Shown: positions 31,151 through 43,232, numbered from the stretch's first letter. The stretch: 64,000 nucleotides of DNA from Patescibacteria group bacterium (GCA_024277435.1 JAJRVJ010000028.1:97300-161299); one strand, 5' to 3'. Notes: a model not told the origin generated them from the letters alone. Translations and numbers: made by a program.

Positions 31151-33304
31151 ATGGCTAATGCAGAATTTAACTTAAAGAACGTCCGTAATATCGGAATTAT
31201 TGCTCACATTGATGCTGGTAAAACAACGGTGACTGAACGCATTTTATTTTACACTGGTAAGAAGCATAAAATCGGTGAAGTACATGAAGGTGAAGCGGAA
31301 ATGGATTGGATGGAACAAGAGCAGGAGCGTGGTATTACTATTACGTCCGCTGCGACAACATGTTTTTGGCCAATCGCAGAATTTCTTGGTGGAGGAGAGG
31401 CATGGATTAATATTATTGATACTCCTGGTCACGTAGACTTTACTGCTGAAGTAGAACGTTCGTTACGCGTGCTTGATGGTGCTGTAACTGTATTTGATGG
31501 AGTAGCTGGTGTAGAGCCACAATCTGAAACGGTATGGCATCAGGCCGATAAATATAAAGTTCCACGCATGTGTTTTATTAATAAGCTAGATCGTACCGGA
31601 GCCGATTTTTATAAGGATCTTGATTCTATTCATGAGCGCTTAACAAAAAAAGCGCATCCAATTCAATTACCAATTGGTGCGGAAGAGAATTTTCAAGGTG
31701 TAATTGATCTTATTGAAATGAAAGCGATCATCTTTAAGGATGACCTTGGTAAAGATATTGAAATTACCGAAAATATTCCAGAGGATATGAAGGAATTGGT
31801 TAAAAAGTATCGTTCACAATTAATCGAAGCTGTTGTAGAGCAGGATGAAGATGTGATGAATGCATATCTTGAAGGTAATGAGCCAAGCACTGAAGATATA
31901 AAGAAGATATTACGTAAAGCAACGATTGCTACTGAATTGATTCCTGTACTCTGTGGTACTGCGTTGAAGAATAAAGGAGTGCAGCTACTATTGGATGCTG
32001 TTACAGCATACTTACCATCTCCACTTGATGTTCCGCAACTTGTTGGTCATGATTATGATGATGAAGAGAAAGAAATAGTGATGAAGCCAGATGCGACAGA
32101 GCCGTTAGCTGCCTTAGCTTTTAAAGTAGCTACCGATCCTTTTGTTGGTCGATTGATTTTTATTCGTGTATATTCCGGTACCCTAAAATCTGGTTCCTAT
32201 GTATTTAACACTACCAGTGGAAAGAAAGAACGTATTTCACGTATTCTTCGTATGCATGCAAATGAGCGTGAAGATATTCAAGAAATTAAGGCTGGCGACA
32301 TTGCTGCTGTGGTTGGTTTAAAAGAAACTGTTACGGCAGATACACTATGCGATCCTGATAACAAGGTAGTTCTTGAGAAAATTGTATTTCCTGAACCAGT
32401 AATTTCTATTGCCATTGAGCCTAAAACAAAAGGTGATCAAGAAAAGATGGGCATGGCCTTGCAAAAACTTGGTGAGGAAGATCCTACATTCCGTGTAGAA
32501 TCTAACGAGGAAACAGGCCAAACTATTATTTCTGGAATGGGCGAACTTCATTTAGAAATTCTTGTAGAACGCATGAAGCGTGAGTTTAATGTTGAAGCGA
32601 ACGTTGGTAAGCCGCAAGTTGCGTATAAAGAAACTATTACCAAAGAAGCAAATGGTGAAGGTAAGTTTGTTAAGCAATCTGGTGGACGTGGTCAGTATGG
32701 TCATTGTCTATTAACTGTTGAGCCGCTTACGGAAGAGGATAAAGGGGATGACGCAGATATGAACTTTAAGTTTGAAGATAAAGTTAAGGGTGGTCGTATT
32801 CCTAAAGAATATATTGGGCCAATTGAAAAGGGTGTTAAAGAAACTATGGATAAAGGTGTATTAGCTGGATACCCATTATTAAATGTAAAAACAACTGTTA
32901 CCGATGGTAGTTACCATGATGTGGATTCGTCTGAAGTTGCCTTTAAGATGGCTGGTTCAATGGCGTTTCGAGATGCTACTAAGAAAGCTGGTGCAGTAAT
33001 TCTTGAGCCAACAATGAAAGTAACTATTGTTACCCCAGAAGATTACATGGGTGATGTAATTGGTGATATTAATTCTAAACGTGGTCAAGTATTAGAGATG
33101 ACCGATCAGAATCAAATGAAACTCGTGGATGCACATATTCCACTTGGAGAAATGTTTGGTTACGCAACGCAGTTACGTTCTATGACACAAGGTCGCGCTT
33201 CATATAGTATGATCTTTGAAAAATATTCAGAAGTTCCACATAACGTAGCTGAAGAGCTTATGAGTAAGTATACAAATACAGGTACCGAAGAAGACGAAGC
33301 GTAA
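31151..33304 (+). CDS. fusA: Elongation factor G
   Basis: [40 protein letters not shown]. Confidence 0.98.
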   Translation: MANAEFNLKNVRNIGIIAHIDAGKTTVTERILFYTGKKHKIGEVHEGEAEMDWMEQEQERGITITSAATTCFWPIAEFLGGGEAWINIIDTPGHVDFTAEVERSLRVLDGAVTVFDGVAGVEPQSETVWHQADKYKVPRMCFINKLDRTGADFYKDLDSIHERLTKKAHPIQLPIGAEENFQGVIDLIEMKAIIFKDDLGKDIEITENIPEDMKELVKKYRSQLIEAVVEQDEDVMNAYLEGNEPSTEDIKKILRKATIATELIPVLCGTALKNKGVQLLLDAVTAYLPSPLDVPQLVGHDYDDEEKEIVMKPDATEPLAALAFKVATDPFVGRLIFIRVYSGTLKSGSYVFNTTSGKKERISRILRMHANEREDIQEIKAGDIAAVVGLKETVTADTLCDPDNKVVLEKIVFPEPVISIAIEPKTKGDQEKMGMALQKLGEEDPTFRVESNEETGQTIISGMGELHLEILVERMKREFNVEANVGKPQVAYKETITKEANGEGKFVKQSGGRGQYGHCLLTVEPLTEEDKGDDADMNFKFEDKVKGGRIPKEYIGPIEKGVKETMDKGVLAGYPLLNVKTTVTDGSYHDVDSSEVAFKMAGSMAFRDATKKAGAVILEPTMKVTIVTPEDYMGDVIGDINSKRGQVLEMTDQNQMKLVDAHIPLGEMFGYATQLRSMTQGRASYSMIFEKYSEVPHNVAEELMSKYTNTGTEEDEA

Positions 33305-33324
33305 ATTCATATCAGCTGAACAGT

Positions 33325-33355
33325 AAATCCTCCTCTTAAATGAGGGGGATTTTTG
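33325..33355 (+). terminator. Intrinsic terminator after fusA
   Basis: AAATCCTCCTC/GAGGGGGATTT followed by T run. Confidence 0.7.
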
Positions 33356-33368
33356 TTATACTGTATCT

Positions 33369-34559
33369 ATGATTTTTTGGTCACGATATGTTCATTCATT
33401 TGAAAAAACTGCTAACAAGTTTTTTAAATCGGTTCGTTCAAATACACATCAAGTAAAAGTGCACCAGCAGTTAGCAGCGTTAATGCAGCAAGATGTTATT
33501 ATAGTGAACTTATGGATGGAGAAGCGCTTTAAAAATTAGACAAATCTCACAAAGAAACATCGTAAGCAACTTTATGCTAACGCAATTCTTATTGGTCAGG
33601 CATTCGATATATTCTTGCAAACATATCAGCCGGCTTCACAGGCAACTCCACAATTACAGTACATGTCAGCTATTATGGAGTTCTTAAAACCTGGTGGTCG
33701 TTACCAATATATAAAAACGGCTAGCTTCGCTCGGTTATTGCGTGATCCGCAAAGCACTGTACTGGAAGGGGATTGCAATCAAATTGTTACGCTGTACGCA
33801 TATCTCTATTCTCGTCAGCATCCAATTACTGATTTACAAATTAAAATTTTACCGGAGCATGTTTGTTTGCATTTGCAGGGAGTAGATATTGAAGCCACTA
33901 ATGGTACATTTCAGCGTTATGCTGAACATACGGTGATTGCTCCAATCACCGAGTTATTAGCAGTAAACTTGCTTGATATTTCTGATTTTCGAGAAATGAC
34001 GGCAGAAATTTCTGAAAAAAGTATTCTAGAAAGTGCTAAGTTAGCATATGTATTAAGTAGTAATAGAGCACTGGTAGAACGTAACTTAGTTATTGCATAT
34101 CACAATTTGGCAATTGCCATGGTTAATCAAAAGAATTTTCAGTCAGCACTATTTTATGCCAAGCGTGCTAACAATAAGCAGGTATTAGAATATGTACATA
34201 ATACAGCTGCACAATCATATGTTCAGCAAAAGAATTTTTCTAAAGCACAGTATCATGCAAATCAACTCGGAAACAAATCTATGCAGCAATATGTGGATAT
34301 TAGCGAAGGAATGAATCACTTAGTCAATAAGCGTTACGATAAGGCACGGTTCAAGTTTCAAAAATATGGTGATAGTAGTCGTATTAAGATTGCATATCAG
34401 CAGGAATATAATGATCTAGTAAAAACTACGCAATCATACAAAACACTAGAGCAAATGAAGAAGCACAAGTCTACGTATCGAAAAATATTACAGCTATCTA
34501 ATAAAGCCGGGTTAGGGGAGCAAGAACGACAGATCAGGAATATGCTAAATCAGATATAA
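33369..34559 (+). CDS. Hypothetical protein (transglutaminase-like core plus TPR-like helices); in-frame TAG at 33537-33539
   Basis: ATG 33369 is in frame with ORF 33615-34559; GDCNQ, HVCLH, DIEAT suggest a Cys-His-Asp/Glu triad. Confidence 0.6.
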
Positions 34560-34786
34560 ATACATATTAAGCAATATTTATATTAAAAAGTCAATTATAT
34601 TCATATATTCTGATACTTATCCACAGTATGTTCATTGAGCCTGCCTTTACAGGGTAAAAAATGCTGTTATAATAACTCGGCTGTCGTAATTACGTACGGC
34701 TATTACATGCGTTTAGATACCATATTTACAGGATAAAATACATTTATAATTTACATTTAGAAACTAAATTAACATAAGCAAATTCT

Positions 34787-35977
34787 ATGGCAGATACATT
34801 TGATCGCTCTAAACCACATTTGAACGTAGGAACCCTGGGTCACGTTGATCACGGTAAAACTACTACTACTGCTGCTATTCTTTCAGTTCTAGCCGCAAAG
34901 GGTGGTACAGCACAAGATAAAACAGTAGATCAAATTGATAACGCTCCTGAAGAAAAGGAACGTGGTATTACGATTAATACATCTCATGTTGAGTATGAAA
35001 CTGACAACCGTCACTATGCTCATATTGACTGTCCTGGACATGCTGACTACATCAAGAACATGATTACTGGTGCCGCTCAAATGGACGGTGCTATTCTAGT
35101 TGTATCTGCTTCTGATGGCCCTATGCCACAAACTCGTGAGCATATCTTACTTGCGCGCCAAGTTGGAGTACCTGCTTTCGTAGTATTCTTGAATAAAGTA
35201 GATCAAGTTGAAGATGAAGAACTTCTAATGCTTGTTGAAGAAGAAATTAAAGATCTTCTAAAGAAGTATGATTTTGATGGTGATAATACACCAATTATTC
35301 GTGGTTCCGCTCTAAAGGCTGTTGAAAATCCAGGGGATGAAGCAGCTGCTAAACCAATTATGGATCTATTAGCTGCACTTGATGAACATATTCCAGAGCC
35401 AACTCGTCCAGTAGATGAGGATTTCCTAATGGCTATTGAAGATGTAATGTCTATTGAAGGTCGTGGTACTGTAGTAACTGGACGTATCGAAACTGGTATC
35501 GCTAAAGTTGGTGAAGAGGTTGAGTTAGTAGGTATTAAAGATACTACTAAAACAACTATTACTGGAATTGAAATGTTTAACAAAACATTAGACGAAGGTC
35601 GCGCTGGTGATAATGCTGGTATCCTACTTCGTGGTACAAAGAAAGAAGAAGTACAACGCGGTCAAGTTCTTGCTAAGCCAGGATCAGTAACCCCTCACAC
35701 AGAAATTGAAGCTGAAGTATATGTTCTATCAAAAGAAGAGGGTGGTCGTCACAAACCATTCATGACTGGTTATAAGCCTCAGTTCTACATGCGTACTACT
35801 GATGTAACTGGTGATGTAACTCTTCCTGAAGGAACTGAAATGGCTATGCCCGGTGATACATTAAACGTAATAATCAAATTGATCGTACCTGTAGCTATGA
35901 CTGAAAAGCAAACCTTCTCAATTCGTGAAGGTGGTAAAACTGTAGGAGCTGGAGTAGTTACTAAGATTATCAAATAA
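34787..35977 (+). CDS. tuf: Elongation factor Tu
   Basis: [32 protein letters not shown]. Confidence 0.98.
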   Translation: MADTFDRSKPHLNVGTLGHVDHGKTTTTAAILSVLAAKGGTAQDKTVDQIDNAPEEKERGITINTSHVEYETDNRHYAHIDCPGHADYIKNMITGAAQMDGAILVVSASDGPMPQTREHILLARQVGVPAFVVFLNKVDQVEDEELLMLVEEEIKDLLKKYDFDGDNTPIIRGSALKAVENPGDEAAAKPIMDLLAALDEHIPEPTRPVDEDFLMAIEDVMSIEGRGTVVTGRIETGIAKVGEEVELVGIKDTTKTTITGIEMFNKTLDEGRAGDNAGILLRGTKKEEVQRGQVLAKPGSVTPHTEIEAEVYVLSKEEGGRHKPFMTGYKPQFYMRTTDVTGDVTLPEGTEMAMPGDTLNVIIKLIVPVAMTEKQTFSIREGGKTVGAGVVTKIIK

Positions 35978-36004
35978 AGAGGAATGCAATAGTATTCGAT
36001 AATA

Positions 36005-36349
36005 ATGTCTGAAACAAAAACTACAAATAAATCTGACGAAGAAGTTGAGCAACGAATACGCGTTAAAATACGTGCATACGATAGTAAGATCATTGATCAG
36101 TCTAGTAAAACTATTATTGAAACCGCACAGCGGACTGGGGCCAAAGTACGTGGTCCTATTCCGCTGCCAACGGAGAAAAACCGTTATACCGTACTAAGGT
36201 CAACGTTCGTAAATAAGACAGCACGTGATCAATATGAAATTCGCGTTCACAAACGTCTTATCGATATCTATAGTCCAACAGCAAAGACAATCGATGAGTT
36301 ATCTCATCTAAACTTGCCAGCTGGCGTGGATGTAGAAATCAAAATGTAG
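36005..36349 (+). CDS. rpsJ: 30S ribosomal protein S10
   Basis: [24 protein letters not shown]. Confidence 0.97.
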   Translation: MSETKTTNKSDEEVEQRIRVKIRAYDSKIIDQSSKTIIETAQRTGAKVRGPIPLPTEKNRYTVLRSTFVNKTARDQYEIRVHKRLIDIYSPTAKTIDELSHLNLPAGVDVEIKM

Positions 36350-36581
36350 TAGAGCCTTCAAAACAAAAAGGAAAAAATAACAATCTAATATCCACCGCTA
36401 TATTATGTAGCCAGATGATGATCTCGACAGAGATATCTATCAGGAGACAGGTAGAGTGACAGGAGAATCCAATATTAATCAAACTCAACTCATGCAAATC
36501 GGCTAATCCCAATCGGGAAAGAGCTGTGATGTATCCACGCCAATATGCGTGGTTTGGGTGCATCACAGTTTTTATATAGAT

Positions 36582-37193
36582 ATGAAAAAAGCAATTATAG
36601 GAAAAAAATCAATCATGACACAAGTGTACACCGATAATGGTGTAGCTGTTCCTGTTACTGTATTAAAAGCAGGTCCTTGTGTTGTAACACAAGTAAAGAC
36701 TGTAGATGGTGAAGGGTATCGGTCATTTCAAATTGGATACGGAACGAAGAAGGAAAAGAATATGACAAAGCCAGAAAAGGGACATCTCAAAGGTAATGGA
36801 AATTTTGCAATACTAAGAGAGTTCCGTTTCGATGAAGAAGTTTCTCATGAGGTTGGACAACAACTAAATGTAGATCAATTCGAAGTTGGAGAAAAAGTTA
36901 AGGTAACCGGCACAAGCAAGGGTAAGGGTTTTCAGGGTGTTGTTAAACGACATGGCTTTTCTGGAGCGCCTGCATCACATGGTCATAAGGATCAACAGCG
37001 CATGCCTGGCTCAATTGGAGCAACTGGTCCACAAAAAGTATTTAAAGGTACAAAGATGGGTGGTCAAATGGGTAATGTTCGAAGTACAGTTACTAATCTC
37101 GAAGTAGTGAAGGTTGATACTGAAAATAATGAAATTTATGTAAAAGGCGCTGTACCTGGAGCACGTAATTCATATATCTATATTTCTGCATAA
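36582..37193 (+). CDS. rplC: 50S ribosomal protein L3
   Basis: GTSKGKGFQGVVKRHGF, KGAVPG. Confidence 0.97.
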   Translation: MKKAIIGKKSIMTQVYTDNGVAVPVTVLKAGPCVVTQVKTVDGEGYRSFQIGYGTKKEKNMTKPEKGHLKGNGNFAILREFRFDEEVSHEVGQQLNVDQFEVGEKVKVTGTSKGKGFQGVVKRHGFSGAPASHGHKDQQRMPGSIGATGPQKVFKGTKMGGQMGNVRSTVTNLEVVKVDTENNEIYVKGAVPGARNSYIYISA

Positions 37194-37198
37194 CACAT

Positions 37199-37831
37199 AT
37201 GTCTAAAGTAAAAGTATACAACATGACAGGTGCCGCAGTAGGGGAGCAAGAGCTCAACGATGCAGTATTTTCTGTTCCTGTAAAAGAAGATGTAGTACAT
37301 CAAGTAATGGTTGCTCAGCAAGCGAATAGTCGTCAGGTTGTTGCCCATACTAAAACACGTGGCGAAGTACGCGGTGGTGGAAGAAAGCCTCATCGTCAAA
37401 AGGGAACGGGTCGCGCACGCGCCGGTTCTATTCGATCACCATTGTGGCGTGGCGGTGGAGTAGTATTTGGTCCACGTAAAGATCGTAACTATACAAAGCA
37501 AGTGAATAGAAAAATGAAGCAGTCTGCTTTGCGCATGGTGCTATCTGATAAGGTTGCAAATGATCACCTTGTAGTTGTTGATGAATGGGCTGTTGCTGAG
37601 GGTAAAACAACAAACTTGAAGGCTAGCTTACAGAAGCTTCCTTCAGCTGATAGTAAAGTGTTGATTAGCTTAGCTAAAAAGAATGATGACTTAGTAAAAG
37701 CTGCTAGCAATTTGATGAATACTAATTATATTGCTGCTGATAGTTTAAATGTTGTTGATTTATTGAAAAATGATTATGTTGTTCTAGATAAAGCTGCTAT
37801 TGAATTAATAAATGAGCGTTTAGCGAAATAG
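37199..37831 (+). CDS. rplD: 50S ribosomal protein L4
   Basis: RGGGRKPHRQKGTGRARAGSIRSP. Confidence 0.97.
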   Translation: MSKVKVYNMTGAAVGEQELNDAVFSVPVKEDVVHQVMVAQQANSRQVVAHTKTRGEVRGGGRKPHRQKGTGRARAGSIRSPLWRGGGVVFGPRKDRNYTKQVNRKMKQSALRMVLSDKVANDHLVVVDEWAVAEGKTTNLKASLQKLPSADSKVLISLAKKNDDLVKAASNLMNTNYIAADSLNVVDLLKNDYVVLDKAAIELINERLAK

Positions 37832-37835
37832 TTGT

Positions 37836-38261
37836 ATGGGAATTATTGATAAGTTAAAAAAAACACCAAATAAAGATAGGGATGGAAAAGATGTAGCTGT
37901 AGATAAAAAGGTGGCTAAAAAATCTGAAAAGAAGGCAGATAAGAAATCTGCAAAGAAAACTGATGTGAAACCAGCAACTGTTGCACGAGCGAACGCTGAA
38001 AAAATTCTTTTACAACCAATTATTACAGAGAAGTCTACAATGTCAGGAACGTACCAGTTCATGGTTGCAACAGACACAAATAAAAACGAAGTTGCAAAGG
38101 CATTTTCTGCAGTGTATGAAAAAACACCGCGCAAAGTAAACATTGTAAACGTTAAAGGTAAAAGTATGCGTACTGGAGTAATTCGTGGAAAGCGCAAAAA
38201 TTGGAAGAAGGCAGTAATTTATTTAAACAAAGGTGAAACAATTGATCTCTACGCTGAATAA
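37836..38261 (+). CDS. rplW: 50S ribosomal protein L23 with Lys-rich N-terminal extension
   Basis: PIITEKS, WKKAVIYL; operon position. Confidence 0.93.
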   Translation: MGIIDKLKKTPNKDRDGKDVAVDKKVAKKSEKKADKKSAKKTDVKPATVARANAEKILLQPIITEKSTMSGTYQFMVATDTNKNEVAKAFSAVYEKTPRKVNIVNVKGKSMRTGVIRGKRKNWKKAVIYLNKGETIDLYAE

Positions 38262-38266
38262 GAATT

Positions 38267-39109
38267 ATGGGAGTTAAAGTATATAAACCAACTACACCAG
38301 GACGACGCAAATCTAGCGTTGATGATTTTGCTGATATTACAAAGTCTCATCCAGAGAAGCGTCTTACGAGTCCTATTAAACGTAAGGGGGGTCGTAATAA
38401 CCAAGGTAAAATTACCGTACGTCATCGTGGTGGTGGAGCAAAACGTCGATATCGTAATATCGATTTTAAGCGTGAGCGATTTGATGTTGAGGCAACTGTT
38501 GAAGCGATTGAATATGATCCAAACCGAAATGCTCGTATCGCATTAATTTCATACACTGATGGTGAAAAATCATATATTATTGCACCTCACCAATTGAAAG
38601 TAGGCGACAAAGTTGTATCTTCACAATCGAAGGTAGAAATCCAACTTGGTAATCGTATGCCAATCGGAAATATTCCAGCTGGAATTATGGTGTACAATTT
38701 AGAATTAGCTCCTGGTAAAGGTGGTACTGTAGCTCGATCTGCTGGTAATGGTATTATGGTGCAATCCAAAGAAGGGGAGTTCGTACAAGTTAAAATGCCA
38801 TCTAGCGAAATTCGAGTGTTTAATGTAAATTGTTTAGCAACTGTTGGTCAGGTGAGTAATCCAGAGTATCGCGGTATCCGTTGGGGTAAGGCTGGTCGTA
38901 TGCGTCACCGTGGTTTTCGTCCAACTGTACGTGGTAAAGCCATGAACCCTGTTGATCATCCTCATGGCGGTGGTGAAGGTAGTCAACCAATTGGTTTAAA
39001 GCATCCAAAGACTCCGCAAGGTAAACCAGCATTGGGTGTAAAGACACGTAAGGCACATAAGGCATCAAACAATTTTATAGTTAATCGACGTAATAAAAAG
39101 AAACGTTAA
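38267..39109 (+). CDS. rplB: 50S ribosomal protein L2
   Basis: EYDPNR, MNPVDHPHGGGEG. Confidence 0.98.
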   Translation: MGVKVYKPTTPGRRKSSVDDFADITKSHPEKRLTSPIKRKGGRNNQGKITVRHRGGGAKRRYRNIDFKRERFDVEATVEAIEYDPNRNARIALISYTDGEKSYIIAPHQLKVGDKVVSSQSKVEIQLGNRMPIGNIPAGIMVYNLELAPGKGGTVARSAGNGIMVQSKEGEFVQVKMPSSEIRVFNVNCLATVGQVSNPEYRGIRWGKAGRMRHRGFRPTVRGKAMNPVDHPHGGGEGSQPIGLKHPKTPQGKPALGVKTRKAHKASNNFIVNRRNKKKR

Positions 39110-39118
39110 TAAACGATT

Positions 39119-39397
39119 ATGGGTAGAAGTTTAAAAAAAGGTGCATTTGTACATCCGAGTTTAATGAAAAAGGTTCAGGCGGCTCAAAAAGGTGATAAAA
39201 ATGCAATTAAAACTTGGTCACGAGCGTCAACTATTATTCCTGAAATGGTAGGTCTTCGATTTAACGTACATAATGGTCGTCAATTTATTGAAGTACTAGT
39301 TACAGAAACAATGGTAGGCCATCGTTTAGGAGAGTTTGCACCAACCCGTAAATTTAAAGGGCATGGTGGAAAAATGGCTAAAGAACAAGCAAGCTAA
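39119..39397 (+). CDS. rpsS: 30S ribosomal protein S19
   Basis: [19 protein letters not shown]. Confidence 0.97.
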   Translation: MGRSLKKGAFVHPSLMKKVQAAQKGDKNAIKTWSRASTIIPEMVGLRFNVHNGRQFIEVLVTETMVGHRLGEFAPTRKFKGHGGKMAKEQAS

Positions 39398-39406
39398 TAT
39401 ACGATT

Positions 39407-39964
39407 ATGGAAGTAAAAGTACACTTAAGAAAACTCCGCATCTCTCCTCGTAAAGTCCGTTTGGTCGCTAATGTTGTTCGTGGTTTAGAGATTGCACCAG
39501 CAGAATTACAGCTACAGTACTCCTCTAAGCAGGCTGCTAAGCCAGTATTAAAGTTATTGCGTTCAGCAGCAGCAAATGCAGAGCATAACTACAAGCTGAA
39601 TCGTGACGATCTGTTTATCAAATCTATTGAAGTAAATGATGGTCGCACATTACGTCGTTGGAAACCACGAGCAATGGGTAGAGCTACTATTATTCGTAAA
39701 CGTTCATCTCATATTACTCTAGTTCTTGATGTAAAAGATTCTGCTAAGCAAGCAGCACAAGTTAAATCTGCTGCTAAAAAGATTGATAAAAAAACCACAG
39801 TAAAAGCTGATGATAAAAAAACAGCAGTAAAGAAAGTAGAAGGCAAGAAGGTTGAGAAGAAAGCGCCTGCTAAAAAAACCACTGCTAAGAAGCGGGAAAA
39901 AACTGAAGAAAAGAAGTCGGTGGCAAAGAAAGAAGTTAAAAAATCTGATTCAAAAAAAGATTAA
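39407..39964 (+). CDS. rplV: 50S ribosomal protein L22 with Lys/Ala-rich C-terminal extension
   Basis: ISPRKVRLV, PRAMGRA, SHITLV. Confidence 0.96.
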   Translation: MEVKVHLRKLRISPRKVRLVANVVRGLEIAPAELQLQYSSKQAAKPVLKLLRSAAANAEHNYKLNRDDLFIKSIEVNDGRTLRRWKPRAMGRATIIRKRSSHITLVLDVKDSAKQAAQVKSAAKKIDKKTTVKADDKKTAVKKVEGKKVEKKAPAKKTTAKKREKTEEKKSVAKKEVKKSDSKKD

Positions 39965-39978
39965 ATACCTGAACACTC

Positions 39979-40812
39979 ATGGGAAAGAAGATTAATCCAA
40001 TTATATTACGAATGGGAATCACGACGTCACCAACGTCGAAGTGGTTTGTAAGTAAACGACAATTTGCAAGTTATTTGCAAAGTGATATTCAATTACGTAA
40101 AGCATTAAAGATTAAGTTAAAAGATGGTGGTGTATCTAGAATTGAGGTTCATCGATCTGCTGGAAAAATCAAATTTGTTATTTATACTTCTAAACCCGGT
40201 GTTATTATTGGTCGCAGTGGATCTGGTATTGAAGAAATTAAGAGGGTTATTAAAAAAGATTTCTTTGGATCTGAGAAAATTGATATTAAAATTGAGATTG
40301 AAGAAGTGCGTAATCCAGATATGGATGCAGCACTTGTTGTGCAAAACGTTATTTATCAATTGGAAAAACGTGTTCCTTTCCGACGCGCAATGAAGCGCGC
40401 TATTGAATCAGTTACTCAAGCAGGAGCTGCTGGAGTAAAAATTCAATGCGCAGGACGTTTAAATGGTGTAGAAATTGCTCGTACTGAAACTCTTGTTGAA
40501 GGATCAATTCCAACTCATACACTGCGTGCTAATATTGATTATTCACGTGATGCAGCACAAACTATCTATGGTAAAATTGGTATAAAAGTATGGATTTATA
40601 AAGGACAGGTATTTGCCGATCAGGAAAAAGAAGAAGCTGAAAAATCACAGAAAAAAATGCGTGGTAATCGTAAACGATCTAGTGGTAAAAAAAAGCAGCA
40701 TGCTACAAAATCAAAGACACGTAAAAAGCGCACAATTGTTAAAGGTGGTACGAAAAAAGAAACTGTTGCAAAGGACGTTAAAGATAAAAAAGATCAATCA
40801 GAAAGTAAATAA
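39979..40812 (+). CDS. rpsC: 30S ribosomal protein S3
   Basis: PGVIIGR, GRLNGVEIAR, GIKVWIYKG. Confidence 0.97.
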   Translation: MGKKINPIILRMGITTSPTSKWFVSKRQFASYLQSDIQLRKALKIKLKDGGVSRIEVHRSAGKIKFVIYTSKPGVIIGRSGSGIEEIKRVIKKDFFGSEKIDIKIEIEEVRNPDMDAALVVQNVIYQLEKRVPFRRAMKRAIESVTQAGAAGVKIQCAGRLNGVEIARTETLVEGSIPTHTLRANIDYSRDAAQTIYGKIGIKVWIYKGQVFADQEKEEAEKSQKKMRGNRKRSSGKKKQHATKSKTRKKRTIVKGGTKKETVAKDVKDKKDQSESK

Positions 40813-40825
40813 TTAGTAGAATTGT

Positions 40826-41236
40826 ATGTTAACTCCACGTAAATTAAAACATCGTAAATGGCATCGAGCTCGTGTAAAGGGGAAAGCTACCCAGCGCACA
40901 AATGTTAATTTTGGTGATTATGGATTGAAGGCAACTACCGGCGCATGGATTACTGCTCGCCAAATTGAAGCAGCTCGTCGTGCAATGACTCGTTTTGTAC
41001 AACGTGGTGGTAAGATTTGGATTCGCATTTTTCCACATAATCCAGTTACGCTAAAAGGTGGTGAAATTCGCATGGGTGGGGGTAAAGGTGCCGTGGATCA
41101 CTTTATTGCTGAAGTAAAGCCAGGAACTATATTGTTTGAGATTGGTGGCGTTGAAGAGAGATTAGCTCGTGAAGCGATGCGTTTAGCAGCACATAAGCTA
41201 CCGGTAAAAACCAAGTTTATTAAGAAAGATAATTAA
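40826..41236 (+). CDS. rplP: 50S ribosomal protein L16
   Basis: [15 protein letters not shown]. Confidence 0.97.
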   Translation: MLTPRKLKHRKWHRARVKGKATQRTNVNFGDYGLKATTGAWITARQIEAARRAMTRFVQRGGKIWIRIFPHNPVTLKGGEIRMGGGKGAVDHFIAEVKPGTILFEIGGVEERLAREAMRLAAHKLPVKTKFIKKDN

Positions 41237-41265
41237 CGCACGTCTGTTGACAGGTTATTAATAAT

Positions 41266-41466
41266 ATGAAATATTCAGAACTCGAACGAAAATCACCATC
41301 CGAATTACAGAAGTTTTTATTAGAAACTCGTAATGAGATTCAGAGTGTACGATTCGGTATTAGTAGTGGTCAAGAGAAGAATGTACGTAAATTACGTAAA
41401 TTAAAAAAACAGCAAGCTCAAATCGTTACACTATTAAATAACCCAGCTAAACAAGTTGCTAACTAG
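41266..41466 (+). CDS. rpmC: 50S ribosomal protein L29
   Basis: Size, operon position, LRKLKKQQAQIVT. Confidence 0.88.
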   Translation: MKYSELERKSPSELQKFLLETRNEIQSVRFGISSGQEKNVRKLRKLKKQQAQIVTLLNNPAKQVAN

Positions 41467-41468
41467 TT

Positions 41469-41759
41469 ATGACTGATACGAAGAACACAACCAAAGATAC
41501 AGACGTAATGAAGCGTACCTTCGAGGGTATTGTGGTATCTGCAAAGGGTGATAAAACTATTGTTGTAAAGGTAGATCGTGTACGAATTCATAGATTATAT
41601 AAAAAACGCTATACAGTAAGTAAACGGTATCAAGTACATGATGAGCGTAATGAGTTTAAAGAAGGTGATGCTGTGCAATTTATTGAATGTCGGCCAATTA
41701 GTAAGCACAAGAAGTGGCGCGTAGTATATAGTAAAACTACTAATGTAGAAAAGAACTAG
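41469..41759 (+). CDS. rpsQ: 30S ribosomal protein S17
   Basis: [22 protein letters not shown]. Confidence 0.96.
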   Translation: MTDTKNTTKDTDVMKRTFEGIVVSAKGDKTIVVKVDRVRIHRLYKKRYTVSKRYQVHDERNEFKEGDAVQFIECRPISKHKKWRVVYSKTTNVEKN

Positions 41760-41760
41760 T

Positions 41761-42132
41761 ATGATTCAAGTAGAAAGTCGATTAAAAGTAGCAGATAATA
41801 GCGGAGCCAAAGAAGTGCTGTGTATTCGTGTTCTCGGTGGTTATAGAAAACGCTATGCTCGAGTTGGTGATATTATCACTGTTACTATCAAGCAAGCTCA
41901 GCCACATACGCAAATGAAGAAAGGTGAAGTTGTTCATGCTGTAGTTGTGCGAACAAAGAAAGAGTATCGTCGAAAAGATGGTTCGTATATCCGTTTTGAT
42001 GAAAATGCTTGTGTAATTATTGATAAGAACAATAAGGAGCCAAAGGGGACTCGTATTTTTGGACCAATCCCACGTGAGATTAAAGCCAAAGGATTTAATA
42101 AAATTGCCTCATTAGCACCAGAAGTATTATAA
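41761..42132 (+). CDS. rplN: 50S ribosomal protein L14
   Basis: [22 protein letters not shown]. Confidence 0.98.
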   Translation: MIQVESRLKVADNSGAKEVLCIRVLGGYRKRYARVGDIITVTIKQAQPHTQMKKGEVVHAVVVRTKKEYRRKDGSYIRFDENACVIIDKNNKEPKGTRIFGPIPREIKAKGFNKIASLAPEVL

Positions 42133-42136
42133 GATT

Positions 42137-42448
42137 ATGAAGATTAAAAAAGACGATACAGTAAAAGTAATGGCCGGAAAAGATGCTGGTAAAACGGGCA
42201 AGGTTGTTCAGGTGCTTCCAAAAGAGGAGATGATTGTAGTGGAGGGCGTGAACAAAATGGTTAAACACATGCGCCCACAACAGCGTGGTGAAAAAGGGCA
42301 GAAATTTGAATTCGATGGCCCTATTCATGTTTCCAAAGTGCAGTTGGTAGATCCAAAAACTGGAAAAACAACTCGCGTTGGATATAAAATTCTAGAAAAT
42401 GGCGACAAAGTTCGCATTGCTAAAAAAACTGGAGAAGAAATTGATTAA
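42137..42448 (+). CDS. rplX: 50S ribosomal protein L24
   Basis: KKDDTVKVMAGKDAGKTGKV, PIHVSKV. Confidence 0.96.
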   Translation: MKIKKDDTVKVMAGKDAGKTGKVVQVLPKEEMIVVEGVNKMVKHMRPQQRGEKGQKFEFDGPIHVSKVQLVDPKTGKTTRVGYKILENGDKVRIAKKTGEEID

Positions 42449-42449
42449 T

Positions 42450-43007
42450 ATGAACAGATTAAAACAACAATATATTACTGATATCATTCCAAAGTTGCGG
42501 GAAGAGTTCTCAATCTCTAACGTTAATGCTGTTCCAAAGATAGAGAAAATTACCGTCAATGTAGGAGTAGGGAAGCAGCAGGAAGATAAGAAGTTTATCG
42601 AAAGTGTAGAAAATACACTCGCACGCATTACCGGACAAAAGCCAGTAAAAACGATTGCAAAGAAATCCATTTCTAACTTTAAGTTGCGTGAAGGTGTAGT
42701 TATTGGTTTGATGGTAACGCTGCGTAAAGACTTGATGTATACATTCATGGATAAATTAGTGAATATCACATTACCTCGCGTACGTGATTTTCAAGGTATT
42801 AATACGAAATCTGTTGATGCCAATGGTAACTTGAATATTGGATTTAAAGAGCACATTGTATTTCCTGAAATTTATTCTGACGAAGTTGAAAAGCTACATG
42901 GCTTAGAAGTATCTGTAACAACAAGTACTAAAGATCGTAAAGAGGGGTATCGCTTACTTGAATTAATGGGCGTACCATTTAAAAAGGACGAAAAAACTAA
43001 GAAGTAA
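42450..43007 (+). CDS. rplE: 50S ribosomal protein L5
   Basis: ITGQKP, LPRVRDFQG, IVFPEI. Confidence 0.97.
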   Translation: MNRLKQQYITDIIPKLREEFSISNVNAVPKIEKITVNVGVGKQQEDKKFIESVENTLARITGQKPVKTIAKKSISNFKLREGVVIGLMVTLRKDLMYTFMDKLVNITLPRVRDFQGINTKSVDANGNLNIGFKEHIVFPEIYSDEVEKLHGLEVSVTTSTKDRKEGYRLLELMGVPFKKDEKTKK

Positions 43008-43028
43008 TCTAATTAACAACTTGCACGT

Positions 43029-43214
43029 ATGGCAAAGAAATCTCAAATCGCTAAATCTAAACGTAAGCCAAAATTCTCAACCCGAAAAGTGAATCGTTGT
43101 TGGAGATGTGGTCGTAACCGTGGCTATATGAGAGACTTTAATCTTTGTCGTATTTGTTTCCGCGAATTAGCTGAGCAGGGCGCCATTCCAGGCGTTCGCC
43201 GTGCAAGTTGGTAA
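43029..43214 (+). CDS. rpsN: 30S ribosomal protein S14 (zinc-binding type Z)
   Basis: RCWRCGR...LCRICFRE. Confidence 0.96.
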   Translation: MAKKSQIAKSKRKPKFSTRKVNRCWRCGRNRGYMRDFNLCRICFRELAEQGAIPGVRRASW

Positions 43215-43232
43215 TTAATAAATGATATTGCA

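Noticed and set aside
14646-34625. DnaA boxes TGTGGATAA (14646) and TTATCCACA (34617) as an origin
   Set aside because: Isolated single boxes with no cluster and no dnaA nearby.
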